64,000 bases of DNA from Rickettsiales bacterium (GTDB taxonomy: Bacteria; Pseudomonadota; Alphaproteobacteria; Rickettsiales; SXRF01), in assembly GCA_005792635.1 (NCBI GenBank), contig SXRF01000068.1, positions 180-64,179 on the forward strand, in the 5' to 3' direction. This document shows positions 19,670-27,738 of this stretch, in pieces. Under the pieces are notes generated by a model, which saw only the letters and a program-made list of their open reading frames with translations, was not told where the DNA came from and ran no database searches. Made by a program: the position numbers and the translations under genes. The stretch's first letter is position 1. Every line of letters begins with the position of its first letter.

Positions 19670-21190
19670 GTGACAGTTTATCGTAACAATAATCAGGATG
19701 AAAAGTCTATCTTTGCGTCAGTCGATTTTGACGACGCGAGCAACACCGCATTTTTCTTTGTAAAACATGAAGTTGATGTTGAACATGCCAAGGAATCGCT
19801 AGCGGCGGCGGGGCAGACAATAGTCGCTCAGAGCTATGTCAAAGGTCATACGGTTATTATTGCCCACGGCTCAATCCCTAAGGAAGAGTTATTCAGCAAA
19901 ATTTCCACGGCACAGGGCGATAAATTCGAGCCAGTTCCTGAGGAAAAGAAAACATTCTTGCCGTGGATAAAAGAAAATGGTTGGAAATTACGCGGTGGGT
20001 CTAGCGTTGTCGGGCAGTCGATGACGCTATATTCAGCGTTTAACACGGTTTCTGCTAAAGATGCTGCTGCTGGTAAATTAAGCCCAAAATTCGATCCCGC
20101 AACTGGCGTGTTCGCGATTTTGAACCTAACGGCTAATTTTATCAATTATATTTTTGGTGGTCAGAAAGAGGAAGATGTTAAAGGTCTAGAAAAATTTGAT
20201 GTCATCATTGCGGATGAGATAAATCGTTATTTACCAGAAAATGAGAGAAAAATCTCGCCGGATGATGTTCGCAAACTTTCTTACATGAATGATAAGGAAT
20301 TAGGAGAGCATAATAAAGACCGAAGCCCGACTGGTATTTTGAAAAGAAATTCTGTACGGCTTGGTGAGGTTGGTTTGCGGACACTTGGTTCATTGGCTTT
20401 GGTATTTAATTATCGTAAAGTAGGTGCAGGTTTTAAGGAGCTAATGAAAGGTAATGTAAAAGAAGCATTTCTGACTGCTAAAACCGAGGATAAATTCACT
20501 TTTACCGCTGGTCTTGGTATGGTGGCAGGTAAGATAATGGGGCTTACCGCGCAAACACAAGATCCAAACAACCCTCCAACCACCTATTGGGGGGAAATTC
20601 GCCAAAAAGTTCTGTGGATAACCAGTTCATTTACGGAGATGATCGCTCAGAGTTCTTTTGTGTATGACAGGGCGAAGAACAAAAAATTGATAGTTAATGG
20701 GCAGCCGCATAGTGACATGGTTGGTGCTATTGGTAACGCTATTCTTACCGTTCCACCATATCCAACTCGTTTAGTATTGCCGTATGGTAAGAAAGAACTA
20801 GACATTGACGAGGTGCAGGCGCGGTTGCTTGATGAGCTGCATAAATTGCCGCCAGATAAAATCCCTGAAGTGGCGGCGCGGGTGACGGCGCGGATGGTGG
20901 AGCATATGGGGGAATCATCACCAAGTTTCAGCGAGCTATACCGCAAATTGCTCGGGAAATTGGATAAATATCATAATATTAGCATTCTGCCGTGCGCTGA
21001 CAAATTGGGCGAGAAATCGGACAGCCAAGAACAAAGCTGGGCTGGAAATCTAGCCGCGAAATTGGCGAGCAGCGAGGCAATTCCTGATGAACCTGCTACC
21101 AAAAAATTCTCGGATAAAGCTCCGCGCAATAAAATTGAAAAAATGCCATTCATCCGCGAGGCGGATATATCTGGCGTCAGCTTGGCTTAG
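19670..21190 (+). CDS. Hypothetical protein, 506 aa
   Basis: Long ORF with a GTG start. No recognisable motifs and several weakly hydrophobic segments. Confidence 0.6.
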   Translation: MTVYRNNNQDEKSIFASVDFDDASNTAFFFVKHEVDVEHAKESLAAAGQTIVAQSYVKGHTVIIAHGSIPKEELFSKISTAQGDKFEPVPEEKKTFLPWIKENGWKLRGGSSVVGQSMTLYSAFNTVSAKDAAAGKLSPKFDPATGVFAILNLTANFINYIFGGQKEEDVKGLEKFDVIIADEINRYLPENERKISPDDVRKLSYMNDKELGEHNKDRSPTGILKRNSVRLGEVGLRTLGSLALVFNYRKVGAGFKELMKGNVKEAFLTAKTEDKFTFTAGLGMVAGKIMGLTAQTQDPNNPPTTYWGEIRQKVLWITSSFTEMIAQSSFVYDRAKNKKLIVNGQPHSDMVGAIGNAILTVPPYPTRLVLPYGKKELDIDEVQARLLDELHKLPPDKIPEVAARVTARMVEHMGESSPSFSELYRKLLGKLDKYHNISILPCADKLGEKSDSQEQSWAGNLAAKLASSEAIPDEPATKKFSDKAPRNKIEKMPFIREADISGVSLA

Positions 21191-21192
21191 CC

Positions 21193-22212
21193 TTATCTCA
21201 CCTGCGTTACTTGAAATAATTTGCGGCTGCTGGCGGGGATTGATGGCAGGTCTGAGCTTTTGCAAGCGAGTTCCGCCGAAACTATAATTTTCAAAGCTTT
21301 AACGATATTCTCCGCGCTCCAGCTATTCGCGTGGCGGGTGAGGATTGGAGCTTGTTTGAAAAACACAGGCGGGCGGAGTCCCGCAATCACCATTTCCGCG
21401 CTTTGCCCGCTTGCCGTCATTTTTGCGCGGATTTCATAGAGTCGGCTAAAATAGCGTTGCAGCGAGCGAAGGTAAAGGATTGGCTGCACGCCCTCGCGGA
21501 TATTTTGGCTTAAATGTTTTTCCAAATTTGCCAGATTTTTATCCGCAACGGCATTTAGTAAGTCGTTTAACTTAGTGTCTTGGTTGTAGCCAACCAGCGT
21601 TTGCGCGGCGGCAAGGCTGATGATTTTTTCCTCGCCAGCATAGAGTGTTATTTTGTCAAGTTCTTGATAAGTAACATATCTATCGCTACCAAGTTGCGTA
21701 ACTAAATATTCCACCACCTCGCGCTCGGCGCGAATTCCTGCCTCACTGAATTTTTGGCTGATGAGCGATTGTATATCGCGGATTTCATCGCGGTAACAGG
21801 CGATGGCGGCAAAGTCTGGGCTTTTTTCGCAAAATACCCGCAAAGCTGATTTACTCTCCAATTCGCCCGCTGTTAGTATCACAAAACTGTCTTTGTTAAA
21901 AAAGGCGGCGGCAGATTCAATTATTTTGCTGATTTTACTACCTGCATCACGAATGATAATAACGCGCTTGGGCGACATCATGCTGAAAGCCGAGAGTTCA
22001 TCGGCAAGCTTGGTCGGGTCGGCGAGGATTTCCGCCTCGCTGAATTCAATTTTGGCGAAGCTGTCACCAGCCGCCGCACCCAAAAAGGATTTTACAATTT
22101 TTCCCGCCCGTTCGCGCACTACGCCGCCATCTGCACCAAAAATCAGCGCGGCGCGGTGATCGCGGGCGGGTGCGCTCAAAAAACCATCAATTAATTTGGG
22201 GGCGATTTTCAT
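21193..22212 (-). CDS. holA: DNA polymerase III subunit delta
   Basis: 339-aa ORF in the conserved leuS-lptE-holA arrangement, with an N-terminal LIFGADGGVVRE-type clamp-loader delta signature. Confidence 0.85.
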   Translation of the reverse strand: MKIAPKLIDGFLSAPARDHRAALIFGADGGVVRERAGKIVKSFLGAAAGDSFAKIEFSEAEILADPTKLADELSAFSMMSPKRVIIIRDAGSKISKIIESAAAFFNKDSFVILTAGELESKSALRVFCEKSPDFAAIACYRDEIRDIQSLISQKFSEAGIRAEREVVEYLVTQLGSDRYVTYQELDKITLYAGEEKIISLAAAQTLVGYNQDTKLNDLLNAVADKNLANLEKHLSQNIREGVQPILYLRSLQRYFSRLYEIRAKMTASGQSAEMVIAGLRPPVFFKQAPILTRHANSWSAENIVKALKIIVSAELACKSSDLPSIPASSRKLFQVTQVR

Positions 22213-22855
22213 TTGGCGTTATTTGAATAGGCATGATGGTCGGTTGTATGGCAACTGGCTCGGTTGGTTTGGTTTTTTCGGTAATCGCGCTCAAGCGTTG
22301 CAAATATCGCTCGGCAAGCTCAGCTGTACCGCGCTTCCTTGCGTCTTGCTCGGAAATATAGGTGGAAAAATATTGATTGCTCGGGTTGTTATAGCTGGTG
22401 ACGCTGCTGATTGCGCCGTTATCAATCAATTTTCCGTCGCTAATCCGCGTTAATTTATAGCCAGAATTTATGGTAAGGTTATAGCGCGATGCCGTTCCGT
22501 CCCGCGAAATGCCGATGCCTGTATTGGTTTGCGAGAGCGAAACTTCTAGGCGGTATAAAGGTGCAGTGGTTTTGGTGGAAGGAACGAGCAAATCCTCCAG
22601 ATTTTGTGAGAATTGGCGGGATATTCTATTTGCGGAATTATTGCTGGTGTCGGAACTGGAGGCAAGAACGCTGGTGGTTGAGCCACTGTCGCTTGCGACG
22701 ATGACTACCCCAGCCAGAACAGGAGAATTGGCAGGCAGCGCAGATTTTGTGCCATATACAGGCTGAAAGCCGCAGGAGGAAAAGCAGATTAGGAGTGTGG
22801 AGTATAGAGTGTAGAGTGTAAGAATCCTTATAGGAAAAAACGACTTTTTCCACAC
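22187..22855 (-). CDS. lptE: LPS-assembly lipoprotein LptE
   Basis: Located between leuS and holA. Lipobox ...LLICFSSC followed by GFQPVYG. The maximal ORF starts at the ATG at 22897 inside leuS. A GTG at 22855, with GGAG 6 nt upstream, gives a normal signal peptide (M)WKKSFFPIRILTLYTLYSTLLICFSSC. The start remains ambiguous. Confidence 0.75.
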   Translation of the reverse strand: MWKKSFFPIRILTLYTLYSTLLICFSSCGFQPVYGTKSALPANSPVLAGVVIVASDSGSTTSVLASSSDTSNNSANRISRQFSQNLEDLLVPSTKTTAPLYRLEVSLSQTNTGIGISRDGTASRYNLTINSGYKLTRISDGKLIDNGAISSVTSYNNPSNQYFSTYISEQDARKRGTAELAERYLQRLSAITEKTKPTEPVAIQPTIMPIQITPNENRPQIN

Positions 22856-22878
22856 TCCGCACTCCACACTCCACACTC
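22792..22878. repeat. Heptad-periodic inverted-repeat element spanning the lptE 5' end and the leuS 3' flank
   Basis: Left arm GGAGTGT GGAGTAT AGAGTGT AGAGTGT (22792-22819), an inner mini-hairpin GGAAAAA-ACGAC-TTTTTCC (22833-22851), and right arm CACACTC CGCACTC CACACTC CACACTC (22851-22878). Confidence 0.9.
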
Positions 22879-22880
22879 TT

Positions 22881-25445
22881 CTACGCAACCACGACATTCA
22901 CAATCCTATTCGCTACGACGATTATTTTTTTAATTTCTTTATCTTTTATAGACTCCGCAACATTCGGCAGGGCAAGGGCGGTTTTTTCCAAAATCGCTTT
23001 ATCTTCGTCTTTTTTTGCTTCAAACGCACCGCGCAATTTTCCATTTACTTGTACCGCGATATTCACCGAATCATCAATTAAAAACGCAGCATCGGCAATC
23101 GGAAACGGGCGGTTTGCCAGCTCGTCTTTATTACCCAGTTGCGCCCATAATTCTTCGGCGAGATGCGGCATAAACGGATTTATCAGATGAATTGCGGCAA
23201 TTATTGCCTCATTCCTTGCCGCTGAATTTTCCGCTGTAGGTTTGGTATCCTCAATTAGATTAGTCAGCTCACGAATTCGCGCAATGGCTTTGTTGAAATG
23301 GAATTTTTCCAGATCGTCAGTGACTGCGGCGATGGTTTTGTGGGTCTGGCGAATTAGGGCTTCGGGCTTTGGGCTTTGGGCTTCGGAAGAAATACTTGAA
23401 GCCTGAAGCCTAGAGCCTGAAGCCTCTTGAACTAACCGCCACAGCCGACCGATATACCGCCATGCACCTTCAATCCCTGCATCTGTCCATTCCAGATCGC
23501 GGTCGGGCGGGCTGTCGGAAAGCATGAACAACCGCGCCGCATCCACACCATAAGTCGCGATAATATGGCGCGGGTCAATGGTGTTTTTCTTGGACTTACT
23601 CATTTTCTCAATGCGCCCGACAGTAACAGGTTTGCCAGTTTTTATTTCTACAACCCCTAATCCAGAATTGCTAACCCCTATCTCATCAGGCGACAACCAT
23701 TTGCCTTCCGCGTTTTTATAGGTTTCGTGGGAAATCATCCCCTGCGTTTCAAGGCGTTTGAAGGGTTCTTGCAAATTCAGCAAGCCACATTTGGCGAGGG
23801 CGCGGGTGAAAAAGCGCGAATATAACAAATGCAAAACCGCGTGTTCAATGCCGCCGATATAGCAATCAACGCCGCCAGCCAGCCAATAGTTTAGCGCGGA
23901 TTTTTCCAGCGGGTCTGCGCTTGGCGTGGTTGCGTAACGCAAATAATACCATGACGACTCAAAAAATGTGTCAAATGTATCCGTTTCGCGGGTGGCTGGT
24001 TTTTCGCATTTCGGGCAGTTCACATGCTTCCATGTCGGATGATTGGCCAGCGGATTACCCGCTTTTTCAAAGCTCACATCTTTGGGTAACTCAACAGGAA
24101 GCTGCGCCTCTGGTACAGGCACTGCACCGCACGAAGCGCAATGGATAATCGGAATCGGGCAACCCCAGTAGCGTTGGCGCGAAATGCCCCAATCGCGCAG
24201 ACGATAATTGGTTTTGCCTGAGCCAATTCCGAGTTTTTCTAGCTCGGCGATGGCGCGTTTTTTTGCCTCGTCGACTGACAAGCCATTGAGAAAATCCGAG
24301 TTTATAAGTGCGTCATCATCGCCAACCACTTGCAAAATCGGCAGGTTATATTTAACTGCGAATTCGTGGTCGCGCTCGTCATGCGCTGGGCAACCAAAAA
24401 TCGCGCCAGTGCCATAATCCATCAACACGAAATTGGCGATATATAGTGGCACTTCGCGGTTTTCAAACGGATGTTTGATTTTTAATCCAGTATCAAACCC
24501 TTTTTTCTCGGCTTTTTCTATCGCTTCTTCGGATGTTCCAAGCTTATTACATTCAGCGATGAAAGCAGCGGCTTCTGGGTTATGTGCGGCTATATCTTTG
24601 GCAAGGGGATGACCAGTAGAAATCGCGCAGAAACTCATGCCGAAAAATGTATCAGGTCTTGTCGTATATATGTCTATGCTGCTCTCTATTACAGGCTTGT
24701 CAGGTTTGGCGCAAAGAACTTTGAGCGTGACAACAGCTCCCTGCGATTTTCCAATCCATTTTTCCTGCATTAGGCGGACTTTTTCTGGCCATTCTTTTAA
24801 GCCGTCTAGCCCTGCGAGTAAATCCTCGGCGAAATCAGAAATCCGCAAAAACCACTGCGATAATTTGCGGCGTTCCACCAGCGCACCGCTGCGCCAGCCG
24901 CGCCCGTCAATTACTTGCTCATTGGCAAGCACCGTGTTGTCCACAGGATCCCAGTTGACTTCCGCCTCTTTGCGATATGCTAAGCCATTTTCCAGAAATT
25001 TTAGGAAAAATTTTTGCTCGTGCTTGTAATAATCAGGAAGGCAAGTTGCCAGCTCACGCGACCAATCATAAGACAGTCCTATGAGTTTTAGTTGCTCGCG
25101 CATGGTTTCAATATTCGCCAGCGTCCATGTTTCTGGGTGCGAATTATTTTGAATCGCTGCGTTTTCCGCGGGCAAGCCGAACGCGTCCCAACCCATGGGG
25201 TGCAGGACATTAAACCCCTGCGCTCGCTTGCTTCGTGCCACTACATCGCCGAGCGTGTAATTTCGCACATGCCCCATGTGGATATTTCCAGACGGGTAGG
25301 GGAACATTTCCAGCACGAAGTATTTCGGCTTCTCGCTGTTAATGCTGGCGGCGAAGCTGTTGTTTTTTGCCCAGCGCTGTTGCCACTTGGCTTCAGTTTC
25401 GCGGAAGTTGTAGCGGGTGTTTTCTGTGGTTTTTGGTTCGGTCAT
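22881..25445 (-). CDS. leuS: Leucine--tRNA ligase
   Basis: 854-aa ORF with the HMGH motif (PYPSGNIHMGHVRNY), KMSKS and the CP1 editing domain. Confidence 0.97.
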   Translation of the reverse strand: MTEPKTTENTRYNFRETEAKWQQRWAKNNSFAASINSEKPKYFVLEMFPYPSGNIHMGHVRNYTLGDVVARSKRAQGFNVLHPMGWDAFGLPAENAAIQNNSHPETWTLANIETMREQLKLIGLSYDWSRELATCLPDYYKHEQKFFLKFLENGLAYRKEAEVNWDPVDNTVLANEQVIDGRGWRSGALVERRKLSQWFLRISDFAEDLLAGLDGLKEWPEKVRLMQEKWIGKSQGAVVTLKVLCAKPDKPVIESSIDIYTTRPDTFFGMSFCAISTGHPLAKDIAAHNPEAAAFIAECNKLGTSEEAIEKAEKKGFDTGLKIKHPFENREVPLYIANFVLMDYGTGAIFGCPAHDERDHEFAVKYNLPILQVVGDDDALINSDFLNGLSVDEAKKRAIAELEKLGIGSGKTNYRLRDWGISRQRYWGCPIPIIHCASCGAVPVPEAQLPVELPKDVSFEKAGNPLANHPTWKHVNCPKCEKPATRETDTFDTFFESSWYYLRYATTPSADPLEKSALNYWLAGGVDCYIGGIEHAVLHLLYSRFFTRALAKCGLLNLQEPFKRLETQGMISHETYKNAEGKWLSPDEIGVSNSGLGVVEIKTGKPVTVGRIEKMSKSKKNTIDPRHIIATYGVDAARLFMLSDSPPDRDLEWTDAGIEGAWRYIGRLWRLVQEASGSRLQASSISSEAQSPKPEALIRQTHKTIAAVTDDLEKFHFNKAIARIRELTNLIEDTKPTAENSAARNEAIIAAIHLINPFMPHLAEELWAQLGNKDELANRPFPIADAAFLIDDSVNIAVQVNGKLRGAFEAKKDEDKAILEKTALALPNVAESIKDKEIKKIIVVANRIVNVVVA
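23358..23425. repeat. Heptad-periodic inverted repeat inside the leuS coding sequence
   Basis: GGGCTTC GGGCTTT GGGCTTT GGGCTTC, loop, GAAGCCT GAAGCCT AGAGCCT GAAGCCT. On the minus strand it is translated as ...EASGSRLQASSISSEAQSPKPEA.... Confidence 0.9.
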
Positions 25446-25454
25446 AGCGTTGTT

Positions 25455-25520
25455 GTGTCGGTGTCGGTGCTAGTGTAGGTAAGTAAATACTACCGACACC
25501 GATCACCGACACTGACACTA
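25455..25520. repeat. Short-period (6-7 nt) inverted-repeat element between the leuS start and the upstream lipoprotein gene stop
   Basis: Left GTGTCGGTGTCGGTGCTAGTGTAGGTAAG, right TACCGACACCGATCACCGACACTGACACTA. It ends at the stop codon of the 25518-26024 gene. Confidence 0.8.
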
Positions 25521-26024
25521 TTTCCCTTGGTTAATCTTAAGTTCTCTGGCTCGTGTCAAAATAGTTTCTTCCAGCGTGCGGCTGAGTTTTGTATCAACTA
25601 TTTGGTCTTTCCACGCGCCTTTTTTATCTTTTGCTTGTTTGAAGACAGTGATTTTGATGCCGTCTGCTCGCAAGGTTTTGTCAAGGATTATCGCGTTGAT
25701 TTTGAAGCGTTCACCAACTGCTTCTGGGTCTTCATACCAGTCAGTTATAATAGTGCCACCAAAGGGATCGGCGGAGGTTAGCGGCATGAAAGACAGCGTG
25801 TCAAGCGATGCTCGCCATAGGAAACTATTCACGCCAAGCGGCGATGCACTGGCGGTCTTGTCGGTTTTTTCACCGATTACTAGCAAGCCATCATCACCCG
25901 TAACCTTGCCGCGGGCAGTTTCTCGTTCAACGCGCGGGTTTACAGCAGTGGGAGCTTCGCCTTTTATTCCAGAACAGGCGGAAATTATGAGGAGGGCAGA
26001 GATGGCAAGGAATAGTGATTTCAT
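25518..26024 (-). CDS. Lipoprotein, possibly DUF3576 family
   Basis: 168-aa ORF with signal peptide and lipobox MKSLFLAISALLIISAC. I recall that genes of this type sit next to leuS in alphaproteobacteria; this was not verified. Confidence 0.65.
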   Translation of the reverse strand: MKSLFLAISALLIISACSGIKGEAPTAVNPRVERETARGKVTGDDGLLVIGEKTDKTASASPLGVNSFLWRASLDTLSFMPLTSADPFGGTIITDWYEDPEAVGERFKINAIILDKTLRADGIKITVFKQAKDKKGAWKDQIVDTKLSRTLEETILTRARELKINQGK

Positions 26025-26055
26025 TGGTGGTTTTCTCCATTTGTGTGGCGTGTCA

Positions 26056-26132
26056 CCCCGTTTTTATAACGGGGTCTGGGGCTGCAAGTGCTGACTATAC
26101 GCTTGTTTCCAGACCCCGCAACAAGTGCGGGG
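26056..26132. repeat. Pair of CCCCG hairpins with CTGG/CCAG tails in inverted orientation
   Basis: CCCCGTT-TTTAT-AACGGGG TCTGG ... CCAGA CCCCGCA-ACAAG-TGCGGGG. The second hairpin is the reverse complement of the 17-nt core CCCGCACTTGTTGCGGG at 7912-7928. Confidence 0.8.
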
Positions 26133-26170
26133 TGGGCAAACTTATAACATAAAAAAAACATGGTGCAAGC

Positions 26171-26265
26171 GTCATCAGTTATCCTGCGGCGGCGTAGCCG
26201 AGCGCAGGATCTTGGATAATTTGCACGAGATCCTGTGCAGTCGCTTTGCGACTCACAGGATGACG
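26171..26265. repeat. Multi-hairpin element closed by CGTCATC/GATGACG
   Basis: The outer 7-bp stem encloses ATCCTGCG...CGCAGGAT and ATCCTGTGCAGTCGC-TTT-GCGACTCACAGGAT. The architecture matches the elements at 28441-28533 and 54088-54183, but the sequence is different. Confidence 0.7.
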
Positions 26266-26270
26266 GGTAC

Positions 26271-26309
26271 AAAAAAAGGGCGGTGCAAGCACCGCCCTTA
26301 ATTTTTTTT
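26271..26309. terminator. Bidirectional rho-independent terminator (terminates the porin gene)
   Basis: A7, GGGCGGTG, loop CAAG, CACCGCCC, then TTAATTTTTTTT. It lies 17 nt downstream of the porin stop on the minus strand. Confidence 0.8.
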
Positions 26310-26325
26310 CTAACCTAAGTTAGGA

Positions 26326-27462
26326 CTAGAAAGAAAGCTGAGTACCAGCAATGAACACAGTTGCGTCATTGTCGTTAGCAGTACCAGTTGGATCAATGTC
26401 AACGAAGTTAACTTCAGCATATGGGGTTAAGCCAGCTGCTAGTTTATAGTCAACACCGAAAGACAGGTTGCTGAAATCGTTATGGGTAGTACCACCATCA
26501 ACTTGGCTAGCTAGGTAGGTAACGCTAGCACCAAATGGACCAGTTTCATACGCGCCACCAACAGTCCAGAAATAGGTGCTGCTGTCATTGGTTGTGGTTT
26601 TGGTTTGTAAGCTGTCACCAAGGTTAGCATAAGAACCAGCTACGCTGAAGCCCATGTAAGAAACTTTAGCACCAACTTGATAGGTGCGAAGATCTTCTTG
26701 GGTGTTGCTTTCAGCATTGCCCCATTCACCAGTTGCGCCAACTTCAACGCCAACATTGCTGAATTTGCCTTGATAGTTCAAAGCACCGATGAATACATTT
26801 TCAGCTTCGCCAGAGGTGTTGTCCGCACGGCTAAGCTTGATACCGCGATCTAAAGCAGTGGTGTCAAACAAATAGCTCACGCCAGCTTGGAAACCAGAGA
26901 AACGAGGAGTGTAGTAGTTCACTTTGTTGATTGCTTCTTGTGATTCATCACCAAGTTGAACAGCACCAGTCGTACCATAATCAAGGAACAAATCAGGGGT
27001 AGCGATAACGCGACCAGAGGTCGGGGTTACGAAATAGGTGAAGTCACCATCAACACCGCCAGTAGCGCGAGCGATGCGAGAAGCATCAACTTTCATGTTA
27101 GCAGCAACGCCGTAGGTAGAACCACCTTCGATTTTGCCCCATGCGCCATCAACATAGATCCAGCTATGGTTAAGTTGGTCGGTGTTGTTATCTTGATCAT
27201 TATGACCAGAAAGAGCTAGGTCGATCTGTGCGCCATAACCAAGACCAGCGTCGGTTTTCGCATCAACTTTTACATTCACTTCGGTTTCGGTGCGGAATGC
27301 GCCAGAGCGAAGGTTTGCATCGTTATCTTCACCAACGATACCAACTTGGAAATCAGAAGTACCGCCAACGGTTACTTTTGGGGTTTGAGCAGCGTTTGCA
27401 GCACCTGCGAATATTGCAGCAGCAGCAACCAAAGCCGATGTACCGAGAAGAATTTTTTTCAT
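26326..27462 (-). CDS. Outer-membrane porin (alphaproteobacterial Porin_2-like beta-barrel)
   Basis: Start at the ATG at 27462 after AAGGAT. Signal peptide MKKILLGTSALVAAAAIFAGAANA, alternating beta-strand pattern and C-terminal ...FIAGTQLSF. Confidence 0.85.
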   Translation of the reverse strand: MKKILLGTSALVAAAAIFAGAANAAQTPKVTVGGTSDFQVGIVGEDNDANLRSGAFRTETEVNVKVDAKTDAGLGYGAQIDLALSGHNDQDNNTDQLNHSWIYVDGAWGKIEGGSTYGVAANMKVDASRIARATGGVDGDFTYFVTPTSGRVIATPDLFLDYGTTGAVQLGDESQEAINKVNYYTPRFSGFQAGVSYLFDTTALDRGIKLSRADNTSGEAENVFIGALNYQGKFSNVGVEVGATGEWGNAESNTQEDLRTYQVGAKVSYMGFSVAGSYANLGDSLQTKTTTNDSSTYFWTVGGAYETGPFGASVTYLASQVDGGTTHNDFSNLSFGVDYKLAAGLTPYAEVNFVDIDPTGTANDNDATVFIAGTQLSF

Positions 27463-27687
27463 AATCTTATCCTTATTAAAGTTAAAAAACACTGTGACTA
27501 AAACCATTTATGCCCATATACTTTTCAAGTAGATGATTGGCACTCTAGGCTACACAAGGCGCAATCACGACGCTTTATGCTTGTACCTAGGCATGTTATT
27601 ATGCAAACAAATCGCCCTTGCAAGTCGTAATGAAAATAATTGGGGTTTGAAATGGTGTTTTCCCTTCGTCTGTGGCAATATGGCAAC

Positions 27688-27738
27688 AGACAGGGGCTGT
27701 GGGCTAGGAATTGGGGATTAGGAAAGAGGAAGTATAGT
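27688..27738. repeat. Heptad-periodic G-rich tract directly upstream of the yggS start
   Basis: GGGCTGT GGGCTAG GAATTGG GGATTAG GAAAGAG GAAGTAT. It is a single arm with no clear partner arm. Confidence 0.55.

Noticed and set aside
27640-27738. N-terminal extensions suggested by the ORF track for yggS (27640), secY (9836), rpsC (3590), rplF (7314), rpsE (8376), rpoA (12877), folD (54191), the FNR-like gene (53049) and purL (TTG at 49598).
   Set aside because: The canonical protein N-termini and SD-like sequences occur at internal ATGs. The extensions overlap upstream genes or repeat elements, so the shorter starts were used.
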